Shown here piece by piece: positions 35,938 through 46,157 of a stretch of 64,000 nucleotides of DNA. Position numbers and translations under genes: made by a program. Origin of the DNA: an uncultured Actinomycetota bacterium (GTDB lineage: Bacteria > Actinomycetota > Actinomycetes > JAHEKZ01); NCBI GenBank assembly GCA_963743915.1, contig CAVURN010000003.1, forward strand, positions 480,001 through 544,000, written 5' to 3'. Every line of letters begins with the position of its first letter. Positions within the stretch are counted from its first letter, which is position 1. Under the pieces are notes generated by a model. That model worked only from the letters and a program-made list of their open reading frames with translations. It was not told the DNA's origin and ran no database searches.

Positions 35938-37508
35938 GTGAAGCGCGGCGATGGTCAGCTCACCCACGAGCTCCTCCCCGGAGAACGTGGTCCCCAGGAC
36001 GCCTGCGGCGTCTTCGGCGTCTGGGCCCCCGGCGAAGAGGTCGCCAAGCTCGCCTACTTCGGGCTGTACGCCCTGCAGCACCGCGGCCAGGAGTCCGCCG
36101 GGATCGCGGTCAGCGACGGCGACGGCATCGTGGTCTACAAGGACATGGGTCTCGTCGCGCAGGTGTTCGACGAGAGCCATCTGGCCACCCTGACCGGGCA
36201 CCTGGCCGTCGGCCACACCCGCTACTCCACCACCGGCTCCAGCAACTGGGAGAACGCCCAGCCCACCTTCCGGCACACCGGCGACGGTGGCGTCGCGCTC
36301 GGGCACAACGGCAACCTGATCAACACCGGCGAGCTCGCCCGGCTGGCTGCGGAGTCCGAGGTGGCGCGCGGCGACGTCCTGCTCCCCGGGTTCGCCACCC
36401 CCAACGCCACCAGCGACACCGACCTGGTGACCACGCTTCTGGCCAACCACCCCACCCGCTCGCTGGAGAAGGCGGCGCTGGAGATCCTGCCGCTGCTGCG
36501 GGGCGCCTTCAGCCTGGTGTTCATGGACGAGTCCACGCTCTACGCCGCCCGCGACGCGCAGGGCATCCGCCCGCTGGTCCTCGGACGCCTCGAGCGCGGC
36601 TGGGTCGTGGCGTCCGAGACCGCGGCGCTCGACATCGTCGGCGCGCTCGTACGTGCGCGAGGTCGAGCCCGGCGAGATGGTCGCCGTCGACGAGCACGGC
36701 CTCCGCACCCAGCACTTCGCCCAGGCCGACCCCAAGGGCTGCATCTTCGAGTACGTCTACCTGGCCCGCCCCGACACCAGCATCGCCGGCCGCAGCGTGC
36801 ACGAGGCGCGCGTCGACGTCGGACGCCGCCTCGCGCGGCAGCAGCCGGTCGAGGCCGACCTGGTGATCCCCGTTCCCGAGTCCGGCACGCCGGCCGCGAT
36901 CGGCTACGCGCAGGAGTCCGGCATCCCCTACGCGCAGGGGCTCGTCAAGAACGCGTACGTCGGGCGCACCTTCATCCAGCCGTCGCAGACCATCCGTCAG
37001 CTCGGCATCCGGCTCAAGCTCAACCCGCTCCGCGAGGTGATCGCCGGCAAGCGGCTCGTCGTGGTGGACGACTCCATCGTGCGCGGCAACACCCAGCGCG
37101 CACTGGTGCGCATGCTCCGCGAGGCCGGGCGCGGCCGAGGTGCACGTGCGGATCTCCAGCCCGCCGGTGAAGTGGCCGTGCTTCTACGGCATCGACTTCG
37201 CCACCCGCGCCGAGCTGATCGCCAACGGCCTCGCGGTCGACGAGATCCGCCAGTCGGTCGGCGCGGACTCCTTGACCTACATCTCGCTCGACGAGCTCGT
37301 CGAGGCCACGATGGTCCCGCGTGACCGTCTGTGCACCGCCTGTTTCACCGGTGAGTACCCGATCGAGCTGCCGGAGCCGGAAGCGCTCGGCAAGCACCTG
37401 CTCGAGGGCCTCGAACGCGGCAGCACCGCGGACGCGACCACCGACGTCGACGGGCTCGCCTCGGTCACCGCCGGTACCGGCGCGGCCGACGCCCTTGGGC
37501 GACCGTGA
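35938..37508 (+). CDS. purF: Amidophosphoribosyltransferase (frameshifts near 36648 and 37130)
   Basis: Propeptide-CGVFG, LQHRGQESAG, GHNGNL, CIFEYVY, VDDSIVRGNT, CFYGID. Confidence 0.96.
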
Positions 37509-38659
37509 CCATGGACGGGTCTGAGGGAGCCCAGAAGGTCACCTACGCCGACGCCGGCGTCCGCATCGCCGAGGGGAACCGCGCCGTCGAGCTGATGAAG
37601 TCGAGCATCGCGCGCGCGTCCCGGCCGGAGGTCGTGGGCGGCATCGGCGGCTTCTCCGGACTCTTCGACCTGACCCCGTTCACGCGGCTGCGTCGGCCGC
37701 TGCTCGCGTCCTCCACGGACGGCGTCGGCACCAAGGTCGACGTCGCGCGCCGGATGGACGTCCACGACACGATCGGCATCGACCTGGTCGCGATGGTGCT
37801 CGACGACCTCGTCGTCTGCGGCGCCGAGCCGCTCTTCATGACCGACTACATCGCGGTCGGCAAGGTCGTTCCCGAGCACATCGCGTCCATCGTCTCCGGC
37901 ATCGCGGAGGGCTGCCGCGTCGCGGGTGCCGCGCTGATCGGTGGCGAGACCGCTGAGCACCCCGGCCTGCTCGACCCTGACGAGTACGACGTCGCCGGCG
38001 CGGGTACCGGGATCGTCGACGCCGAGCACGTGCTCGGCGCCGAGCGCGTCCGGGCCGGGGACGTCCTCGTCGCCCTGGGCAGCAGCGGGCTCCACTCCAA
38101 CGGCTACTCGCTGGCGCGTCACGTCTTCTTCGCGCTCGCGCAGTGGAGCCTGGACCGTCAGGTGGACGAGCTGGGTCGCACGCTCGGGGAAGAGCTGCTC
38201 GAGCCCACGCGCATCTACAGCCTCGACTGTCTGGCGCTGGCGTCCGCGCAGCGCGAGCACCTGCACGCGTTCTCGCACATCACCGGCGGCGGCATCGGCG
38301 AGAACCTCGGGCGGGTGATCCCCGCCGGGCTCACCGCGACGGTCGACCGCGGCACCTGGACGCCGGCGCCGATCTTCGGCCTCGTCGGCGACGTCGGGAG
38401 CGTGGCGCGCGAGGACCTCGAGCGCACCTTCAACCAGGGCATCGGGATGGTCGCGGTGGTGGCCCCCGAGGCGGCGGACGCCACGGTGCGGCTGCTCACG
38501 GACCGGGGAGTGCCCGCGTGGGTGTGCGGTCAGGTGGCTGCGTCTGACAGCTCGGAGCGGGCCCGCCTGGTCGGCGACCACCCGCCTGAGCCTGCTGCCT
38601 TCGATCCCTACGCCAGGGCGCCACGATACCCGTCCTGCGGCGCGACTGTGGCGGTCTGA
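37505..38659 (+). CDS. purM: AIR synthetase
   Basis: TYADAGV, TDGVGTK, GGETAEHP, SSGLHSNGYSL, HITGGG, TFNQGIGM; the true stop may be near 38589. Confidence 0.96.
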   Translation: MTMDGSEGAQKVTYADAGVRIAEGNRAVELMKSSIARASRPEVVGGIGGFSGLFDLTPFTRLRRPLLASSTDGVGTKVDVARRMDVHDTIGIDLVAMVLDDLVVCGAEPLFMTDYIAVGKVVPEHIASIVSGIAEGCRVAGAALIGGETAEHPGLLDPDEYDVAGAGTGIVDAEHVLGAERVRAGDVLVALGSSGLHSNGYSLARHVFFALAQWSLDRQVDELGRTLGEELLEPTRIYSLDCLALASAQREHLHAFSHITGGGIGENLGRVIPAGLTATVDRGTWTPAPIFGLVGDVGSVAREDLERTFNQGIGMVAVVAPEAADATVRLLTDRGVPAWVCGQVAASDSSERARLVGDHPPEPAAFDPYARAPRYPSCGATVAV

Positions 38660-38664
38660 CGTGT
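38608..38664. repeat. Repeat family 1, copy F (57 bp, degenerate right end)
   Basis: CTACGCCAGGGCGCCACGATACCCGTCCTGCGGCGCGACTGTGGCGGTCTGACGTGT between convergent purM and DUF3073. Confidence 0.85.
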
Positions 38665-38861
38665 CAGCGGCCTGAGTCGGCGTCGCCGTAGGCCTGCGCG
38701 TAGGGGTCGTAGGGGTCGTCCTCGACGGTGTCGCTGTGGTCGAGGTGCGCGTCAGCGGCACCGAGCTCGACCGAGAGCTTGTCCACGTCGAGCTCGGAGC
38801 TGGAGTACTTCAGTTGCCGAGCGACCTTCGTCTGCTTGGCCTTGGCCCTCCCGCGACCCAT
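38664..38861 (-). CDS. DUF3073 family protein
   Basis: [19 protein letters not shown] signature; GAGGGGG RBS. Confidence 0.92.
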   Translation of the reverse strand: MGRGRAKAKQTKVARQLKYSSSELDVDKLSVELGAADAHLDHSDTVEDDPYDPYAQAYGDADSGR

Positions 38862-39005
38862 GGGCTGACCCCCTCGTTGGGGCCGGGCCCCAGTAGGCGT
38901 GTCTGGCGGTCTGTGCAGCAGTGGCGCGACCAGCGCCACCGCCCTCCAGGGTAGACGATCCTCCGCCCGGAGGTGCACCCAGGCGCACCCGACCAGCCGT
39001 TCGGC

Positions 39006-40071
39006 TCAGACCGGCGTCGCCCGCCCGGCGGCCATCCGGGCCTCGGCCAGCCGGTCGGCGGCCTGGGCAGGGGGCACCCCCTCCGACGTCGCCAGCGCCA
39101 GGACCTCCAGGGTCGTGTCGAAGATGCCCAGCGCGCGGGTGCGGGCCCGGTCGGCGTCGAACCCGTGCAGCTCGTCGGCCACCTGGATGACCCCGCCGGC
39201 GTTGACGAGGTAGTCGGGCGCGTAGGTGACGCCTCGGGCGGCCAGCTGCTGCTCGACGCCGGGGTGCGCCAGCTGGTTGTTGGCGCCGCCGCACACCACC
39301 TGGGCGGTGAGGTGTTCGACGGTGCTGTCGTCCAGCGCGCCGCCCAGGGCGTTGGGGGAGTAGATGTCGACGCCGGGCCAGGCCACGAGCTCGGCCTCGG
39401 TCGCCGCCACCTCGACGTCGGGGTGGGCGGCCCGCACCCGGCCGACCGCCTCGGCGTCCACGTCGTGCACGACGACGGACGCCCCCGCTTCGGTCGCGTG
39501 GTCCACCAGCCGGTGTCCCACCTTGCCCACCCCCGAAGATCGCGATCCGGCGTCCGGTCAGGTCGTCGGTGCCCCACAGGTGCTGGGCGCAGGCCCGCAT
39601 GCCGCAGAAGACGCCGAGCGCGGTGAGGATCGACGAGTCGCCGCTGCCCCCGTTCTCGGGGCTGCGACCGGTGACGAACCGGCTGGTGCGGGCGACCACG
39701 TCCATGTCGGCGACGTAGGTGCCCACGTCGCACGCGGTGACGTACCGACCCCCCAGCGACTCGACCACGCGTCCGTACGCCTCGAGCAGCGCCTCGGTCT
39801 TGTCGGTGCGCGGATCACCGATGATGACCGCCTTGCCGCCGCCGAGGTCGAGGCCGGCCAGGGCGTTCTTGTAGCTCATCGCTCGGGAGAGGCGCAGCAC
39901 GTCGTCGAGCGCGGCGGCGTCATCGACGTAGCGGTGGAAGCGGGTGCCGCCGAGGGCGGGGCCGAGAGCGGTGGAGTGGATGCCGACCAGGGCCCGGAGC
40001 CCGGTGGCGGTGTCGGAGGCGAGGACCACCTGCTCGTGTCCGGCGAACCGGTCGAAGAGGTGCACCGCCAC
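39006..40071 (-). CDS. Glu/Leu/Phe/Val dehydrogenase (valine/leucine dehydrogenase; frameshift near 39533)
   Basis: [33 protein letters not shown]; [21 protein letters not shown]. Confidence 0.9.
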
Positions 40072-40269
40072 GGTCCGACCCTACCGGTGGGGCCGATGCC
40101 CCGAACGGGTTAGTCCGGGCACGAGGTGTGAGATGGTCCATTGGAGGGATATCTGGACAAGCTGGACAACCGTCACTCTTTGCATTAGTACGCTTGCGCA
40201 GAGCAATCAGGCGGGACGCCGTGCGCCGCACCGCGCCGCCCGACCCACGACGGGACCGAGGGGGGACCG

Positions 40270-40545
40270 ATGGGACCAGGAGCACCCGAGCCGGAGACCC
40301 TGCTGACGCCTGCGGAGGTCGCCGCCCTCTTCCGGGTCGACCCCAAGACGGTCACCCGATGGGCCAAGGCGGGCAAGCTCAGTGCGATCCGCACGCTCGG
40401 CGGCCATCGCCGCTACCGGGCGGCCGAGGTCTACGCCCTGCTCGAGGGCCTGCAGGTCGAGCCCCCGGAGGCCTCCCCGGACACCCAGGGGCCGCTCGGA
40501 CCCACTGGCGTGAGCCCCACGGAGAACAACACTCCGCATCGCTGA
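40270..40545 (+). CDS. bldC: BldC family MerR-like transcriptional regulator
   Basis: LLTPAEVAALFRVDPKTVTRWAKAGKLSAIRTLGGHRRY. Confidence 0.93.
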   Translation: MGPGAPEPETLLTPAEVAALFRVDPKTVTRWAKAGKLSAIRTLGGHRRYRAAEVYALLEGLQVEPPEASPDTQGPLGPTGVSPTENNTPHR

Positions 40546-40689
40546 CGCGACACCTGCGGCTGGATTACGCCAAACGAGTGACGCGAATGGTGTGACATGA
40601 GTCACACCAGCCCGTCCTGGCTTGCGTCCCCACGCGAGGGCCGTCGATACCATCTCGTGACTTCGCCGCCCGGCGGAGCAGCGCCGGGC

Positions 40690-40861
40690 ACGCCGAATCC
40701 TGCCCAGCCCGGCGACTACGCACCGAACCACGTGGGCAGGAGCGGGGGACCCAAGGTTAGTGACCGGCTTCATGCCGGTCTTGGGGTTAAGTCGTGCCAG
40801 CCACTGGCTGGGCGACCGGGCACTCTTCGGCCCGCACCCGACAGCTGACCTCGCAGGCGTC
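40690..40861 (+). ncRNA. c-di-AMP (ydaO-yuaA) riboswitch
   Basis: CGCCGAATCCTGC...GCAGGAGCGGGGGACCCA...GGGGTTAAGTC...CCCGACAGCTGACCTCGCAGGCG, actinobacterial pattern, directly upstream of a cell-wall hydrolase. Confidence 0.88.
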
Positions 40862-40872
40862 GGAGAGGAAAC

Positions 40873-41565
40873 ATGTCGCGTCTTTTCGCGCGTCGACGTC
40901 TGCTTGCCGTCGGCCTGTCCCTGGCCCTTGCCATCCCGATCCTCGGGAGCACCTCCGCCACCGCGTCCGACCGAGATTTCGAGATGCTGCGGCTCCGAGA
41001 CTCCGGCCCGCGGGTGCTGCTCGCGCAGCGTGTGCTCGATGTCGATCCTCGGACCGGCTTCTACAACAAGCGCACCAAGCAGGCGGTGAAGCGCTTCCAG
41101 GACAACCGCAACTACGAGGCGACCGGCCTGGTCAACGAGCGCACCTGGCACGCACTGGAGCGTCGTTGGGACGCCATCCAGGACGCCAGGCGCCGGATCA
41201 ACACCAAGTACCACCGCATCATGAAGATCGCCAAGAACCAGAAGGGCGACCCTTACGTCTACGGCGCGGCTGGCCCCGGCGCCTTCGACTGCTCAGGCCT
41301 CACGATGTACGTCTACCGCCAGGCGGCCGGCGTCTCGATGCAGCACACCGCCACGGGACAGTTCCGCAAGGGCGACCGCATCACCCGCAAGCAGGCGCGT
41401 CCCGGCGATCTGGTGTTCATGCACTCCGGCGGGAACATCTACCACGCAGGCATCTACGCCGGTAAGGGCAGGATCCTGCACGCCTCGCGTCCGGGCACCA
41501 ACGTCAAGGTCGACCCGATCTGGACCAGCAGCACCTACTACGTGCGCATCCTGCCGAACCGCTAG
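40873..41565 (+). CDS. Secreted NlpC/P60 (C40) peptidase with peptidoglycan-binding domain
   Basis: Signal peptide, TKQAVKRFQ...TGLVNERTW (PG-binding), PYVYGA, FDCSGL, YHAGIY. Confidence 0.92.
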   Translation: MSRLFARRRLLAVGLSLALAIPILGSTSATASDRDFEMLRLRDSGPRVLLAQRVLDVDPRTGFYNKRTKQAVKRFQDNRNYEATGLVNERTWHALERRWDAIQDARRRINTKYHRIMKIAKNQKGDPYVYGAAGPGAFDCSGLTMYVYRQAAGVSMQHTATGQFRKGDRITRKQARPGDLVFMHSGGNIYHAGIYAGKGRILHASRPGTNVKVDPIWTSSTYYVRILPNR

Positions 41566-41571
41566 GAACAG

Positions 41572-41620
41572 CGTGACGTGAGGAAGGGCCCCGCCATGGC
41601 GGGGCCCTTCTCACGTCACG
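41572..41620. terminator. Long stem-loop between convergent genes (likely bidirectional terminator)
   Basis: CGTGACGTGAGGAAGGGCCCCGCC-at-GGCGGGGCCCTTCTCACGTCACG. Confidence 0.78.
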
Positions 41621-41870
41621 AGCCGGTGCCGGCTGACGTCTTCGCCGGGGAGCTGGTCGACGACGTGCCACTGTCCGGCGAGGTCAGGTCGATGCCGCCG
41701 GGCAGCCGCTGCGTGAGCGAGGGCAGCTTCTCGGCGACCTTCTGCTCGACGGCCTTCGCGCGAGGTGACTGCCAGGCGTCCTTGGCGGTCGTCCAGACCT
41801 TCTGCCGGGCGCTCTCGTTGGCGGCGAGATAGCCCACGGCCATGCCGACCGCGGTACCGAGCTTGAACAT
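41616..41870 (-). CDS. Small YtxH-like membrane-anchored protein
   Basis: MFKLGTAVGMAVGYLAA...AKDAWQSP; GGAGGAA RBS. Confidence 0.6.
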   Translation of the reverse strand: MFKLGTAVGMAVGYLAANESARQKVWTTAKDAWQSPRAKAVEQKVAEKLPSLTQRLPGGIDLTSPDSGTSSTSSPAKTSAGTGS

Positions 41871-41966
41871 CGTTCCTCCCTGGGGCTGGCGCACCGCGGG
41901 GATCTGCGGCGTCCACTCAGCGGTACCCGAGGAGCGCGGGCGGCCGAAACCCCGGCCTGGCGGCGC

Positions 41967-42116
41967 TCAGCGGCAGGAGGCGGCGCTGGCCGGAGGCTCG
42001 TCGCACGCCTGGGGGAAGAGCTCGGTGGAGTAGCGCCCTGCGGCGTAGCCGAGCAGTCCGACCAGCATGAGCGCCGCCAGCACCGTCGCCACGACGACTC
42101 CCCGTGCCTCGACCAC
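41967..42116 (-). CDS. 49-aa single-TM small protein (not in the ORF track)
   Basis: Manual translation [49 protein letters not shown]; GGAGAGGGG upstream. Confidence 0.5.
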   Translation of the reverse strand: MVEARGVVVATVLAALMLVGLLGYAAGRYSTELFPQACDEPPASAASCR

Positions 42117-42222
42117 CGCGCCACCCCTCTCCCAGGACGTCTGTCCGCGCCCCTTGGGGGTATCGGCAGGTCAGCACCGCGAGGTGAGCCGCGGGCGAGG
42201 GGCTCATCGACCTACGGCGAAT

Positions 42223-42287
42223 TACCCCCGGGGGGTACTTGACAGGAATGGATCGGAGAGGAACGATGCTAGTACCCCATAGGGGTA
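42223..42287 (+). promoter_or_regulatory. Two CsoR/RicR-type operators around the copper ATPase promoter
   Basis: TACCCCCGGGGGGTA (42223-42237) and TACCCCATAGGGGTA (42273-42287), with TTGACA at 42239. Confidence 0.75.
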
Positions 42288-42306
42288 TAGGGCATCTGGA
42301 GGAATC

Positions 42307-44509
42307 GTGACCACCACCACATCGCGGCCAGCCGCACACCACGACGCGCACCACGGACACCACGGACACCACGCACCGGTCGGGCACGGGAACCACGAGG
42401 GCGCTGCGTCCCTGACCGGGGTCGGCAGCGTTCATGGGACCCCTGAGGGCCGCGCGAGCGCCCACGGGGCCAACAGCGGCCACCAGGGCCATGCCCCGCA
42501 GGACGTGATGGGCCACGGCGGGCACCACGGGTCGATGTCGATGGCCGAGATGGCGGCTGACATGCGGCGCCGCTTCCTGATCGCAGCCGTGCTCTCGGTG
42601 CCGATCCTGCTCTACTCACCGATCGGCCGCGACGTGCTCGGGTTCACCGCTCCTGCGCCGTTCGGCCTGCGGGACGACGTCTTCGCGCTGCTGCTGAGCC
42701 TGCCCGTCGTCTTCTACGCCGGGTGGATCTTCTTCGACGGAGCCGTGCGGGCGCTGCGCGCGCGGACGCTGGACATGATGGTGCTGGTCGCCGTCGCGAT
42801 CGGCGCCGGGTGGACCTACAGCCTGGTGATCACCCTCAGCGGTGGTGGCGAGGTCTTCTACGAGGCGGCCTCCGTCCTGACGGCGTTCGTGCTGCTCGGC
42901 CACTGGTTCGAGATGCGCGCCCGCGGCGGAGCCAACGACGCGATCCGGACCCTGCTCGAGCTGGCGCCGGCGAAGGCATTGCTCGTGCGCGGCGACGACG
43001 TCGTCGAGGTGGACACCGCAGATGTCGTCATCGACGACATCGTGCTCGTGCGACCGGGTGCGAAGGTCCCGGTCGACGGCATCGTCGAGTCGGGGACCTC
43101 CGAGGTCGACGAGTCGATGGTCACCGGGGAGAGCCTGCCGGTCGCGAAGACAGCGGGCTCAGAGGTCATCGGTGCGTCGGTGAACACCACCGGCACCCTC
43201 CGCGTCCGCGCCACCAAGGTCGGGTCGGAGACCGCGCTGTCCCAGATCGTCGCGCTCGTGCAGGAGGCGCAGAGCAGCAAGGCGCCGGGTCAGCGGCTCG
43301 CCGACCGGGCCGCGTTCTGGCTGGTGCTCGTGGCGCTCATCGGTGGAGCGGCCACCTTCTTCGCATGGATCGCGCTCGGCAGGGACGCGTCCGAGGCGAT
43401 GCTCTTCGCGATCACCGTCGTCGTCATCACCTGCCCCGACGCGCTCGGGCTCGCGACGCCGACCGCCGTGATGGTCGGTACCGGGCGGGGAGCCCAGCAC
43501 GGCGTCCTCTTCAAGAACGCATCGGCTCTCGAGACGTCGGCGTCCATCGACACCGTCGTGATGGACAAGACGGGGACCCTCACCAAGGGCGAGCCGGCCG
43601 TCACTGACGTGGTCGCAGTGTCGGACACCGAGGTGGATCGCGCGCTGGCGCTGGCGGCTGCCGTCGAACGCGAGTCCGAGCACCCCCTGGCGGCTGCCGT
43701 GGTGCGGCACGCCGACGCGCTCGGCGTCGAGCGGCTGACCGTCGACGGGTTCCGCAGCATTCCCGGACGCGGTGCGTCCGGCCGTGTCCAGGGGCACCTG
43801 GTCGCGGTGGGATCGCCCACCCTGCTGCAGGAGCTCGGGATCGACGTGAGTGAGCACGCTGCGCGTCGGCGTGAGGAGCTGGCCGGTGAGGGGCGAACCG
43901 CCGTGCTGCTCGGTGTCGACACCGAGACGGTGGCGGTCATCGCCCTCGCCGACGAGGCGCGGGAGACCGCGGTCGAGGCCGTCGCAGCGCTGCACGGGCT
44001 GGGGAGCCCGCGTGGTCATGCTCACCGGCGACAACGAGGCAACCGCGCGGCGCATCGCGTCCGACCTCGGGATCGACGATGTCATCGCTGGCGTGCTGCC
44101 GGAGGGGAAGGCGGCCCAGATCCAGCAGCTGCAGGCGCAGGGTGCTCGGGTCGCGATGGTCGGTGACGGTGTCAACGACGCACCGGCACTGGCGAGGGCC
44201 GATCTCGGGATCGCGATCGGTGCGGGAACGGACGTGGCGATCGAGACCGCCGACGTGGTGCTCATGCGTTCCGATCCGCTCGACGTGGCACTCGCGCTGC
44301 GGCTCGGACGCGGCACGGTGCGCAAGATGCGCCAGAACCTCGGCTGGGCGATCGGCTACAACAGCATCGCGCTGCCGATCGCTGCAGGCGTCTTCGAGCC
44401 GAGCCTCGGCTTGATGCTGCGCCCGGAGATCGCTGCTCTGTCGATGTCGGGTTCGTCGGTGATCGTCGCGATGAACGCGATGCTGCTCAAGCGCCTGCGT
44501 CTTCGGTGA
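42307..44509 (+). CDS. Copper-translocating P1B-type ATPase with His-rich N-terminus (frameshift near 44005)
   Basis: [36 protein letters not shown] and MSGSS. Confidence 0.9.
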
Positions 44510-46134
44510 CGGCGCCGGCATCCACCCGGAGTCGACGCGTGACATGGACTGCGTCGAGCAGGCGCCGGTCGTGCGACACGAGCAGCAAGGTGCCGTCGTA
44601 CGAGTCGAGCGCCTGCTCGAGCTGTTCGATCGCGGGCAGGTCGAGATGGTTGGTGGGCTCGTCCAGCACGAGCAGGTTGACGCCCCGCGCCTGAAGCAGC
44701 GCGAGTGCCGCTCGCGTGCGCTCCCCGGGCGAGAGCTGGGCGGCAGGACGGAGGACGTGCTGGCTCCCGAGGCCGAACTTCGCGAGCAGCGTGCGCACCT
44801 CGGCGTCCGACCAGGTGGGCACCTGGTCGGCGAAGGAGCGGAACAGCGTCTCGTCGTGGGTGAACAGGTCGCGCGCCTGGTCGACCTCGCCGACGGCGAC
44901 GCCGCTGCCGAGGGTTGCCTCGCCCTCCACCGGTGGCAGCCGTCCGAGCAGCAGCCCGATGAGCGTCGACTTGCCCGCGCCGTTGGGTCCGCTGACACCG
45001 ATCCGATCGCCACGGGTGAGCTGCAGGTCGACCGGCCCGAGTCGGAACCCGCCGCGCTCGACGACGGCGCCGCGCAGCACCGCGACCACCTCGCCCGACG
45101 GCGGTGCGCCGGCAACGGACATCTGCAGCTGCCACTCCTTGCGCGGCTCGTCCACCGGGTCGAGGCGCTCGAGCAGGCGTTCGGTCTGCCGCGCCTTCGC
45201 TGCCTGCTGCTCGGTCTGCTCGACCCGCGCCTTGCGTCCGATCTTGTCGTTGTCACGCTGCTTGCGCACCGCGTCCCGGACGCCACGCTCGGCCCAGGTG
45301 CGCTGCGTACGGGCGCGCTCGGTCAACGTCGCGACCCGCTGCGGCGTACTCGTCGTACGTCTCGCGGGCCTGGCGTCGCGCGGCTTCGCGCTCGCGCAGG
45401 TACGCGTCGTAGCCGCCGTTGACGACGAGCACCCGCTGCTGGGCCAGGTCGAGCTCGACGACGCGGGTGACCGAGCGGGCGAGGAACTCGCGGTCGTGGC
45501 TGACGAGCACGACCGGGACGCGCAGGCCGCGGACGAACTGCTCGAGCCGCTGCAGGCCGTCGAGGTCGAGGTCGTTGGTCGGTTCGTCCAGCAGCAGCAC
45601 GTCGTAGCGGCTGAGCAGCAGAGCGGCGAGCGAGAGGCGCGCCGCCTGGCCACCGGACAGCGCAGTCGTGGGGCGGTCGAGGTCCACGGCGAGACCGAGC
45701 TCGGCGACGACCTGGTGGGCGCGCTCGTCGAGATCGGCGCCGCCGAGGGCCAGCCAGCGGTCGAGGGCGGCACCGTAGTCGTCGTCCGACCCCGGAGCCC
45801 CGGCGGCGAGCGCGTGCGCTGCGGCGTCCAGCGCGGCGTGCGCGGCCGCGACGCCTGTGCGGCGACCCAGGTACTCGCGCACGGTCTCACCGGTGCGCCG
45901 ATCGGGTTCCTGGGGCAGGTACCCGACGGACGCCGTGGCCGGGTGCACCTCGACCGTCCCGGTCTCCGGGGCGATCAGCCCGGCCAGCACCTGCAGCAGG
46001 GTGGACTTGCCCGCCCCGTTGGCGCCGACCAGGCCGACCACGTCACCGGCGGCGACGACCAGCTCGAGGTGGGAGAACAGGGTGCGGTCGCCGTGGCCGG
46101 CGGACAGGTCGCGGGCGACGACGGATGCGGACAC
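44487..46134 (-). CDS. ABC-F family ATP-binding protein (frameshift near 45340)
   Basis: Two ABC domains: GANGAGKS/LSGGQ/LLDEPTNDLD and GPNGAGKS/LSPGE/LDEPTNHLD; no TM. Confidence 0.88.
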
Positions 46135-46157
46135 AGCAGATGACGGTAGAGCAGCCG

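Noticed and set aside
38581-38659. purM C-terminal extension encoded by repeat copy F
   Set aside because: One extra C in CACCCGCCTGA gives HPA-stop before the repeat, consistent with the indel error pattern
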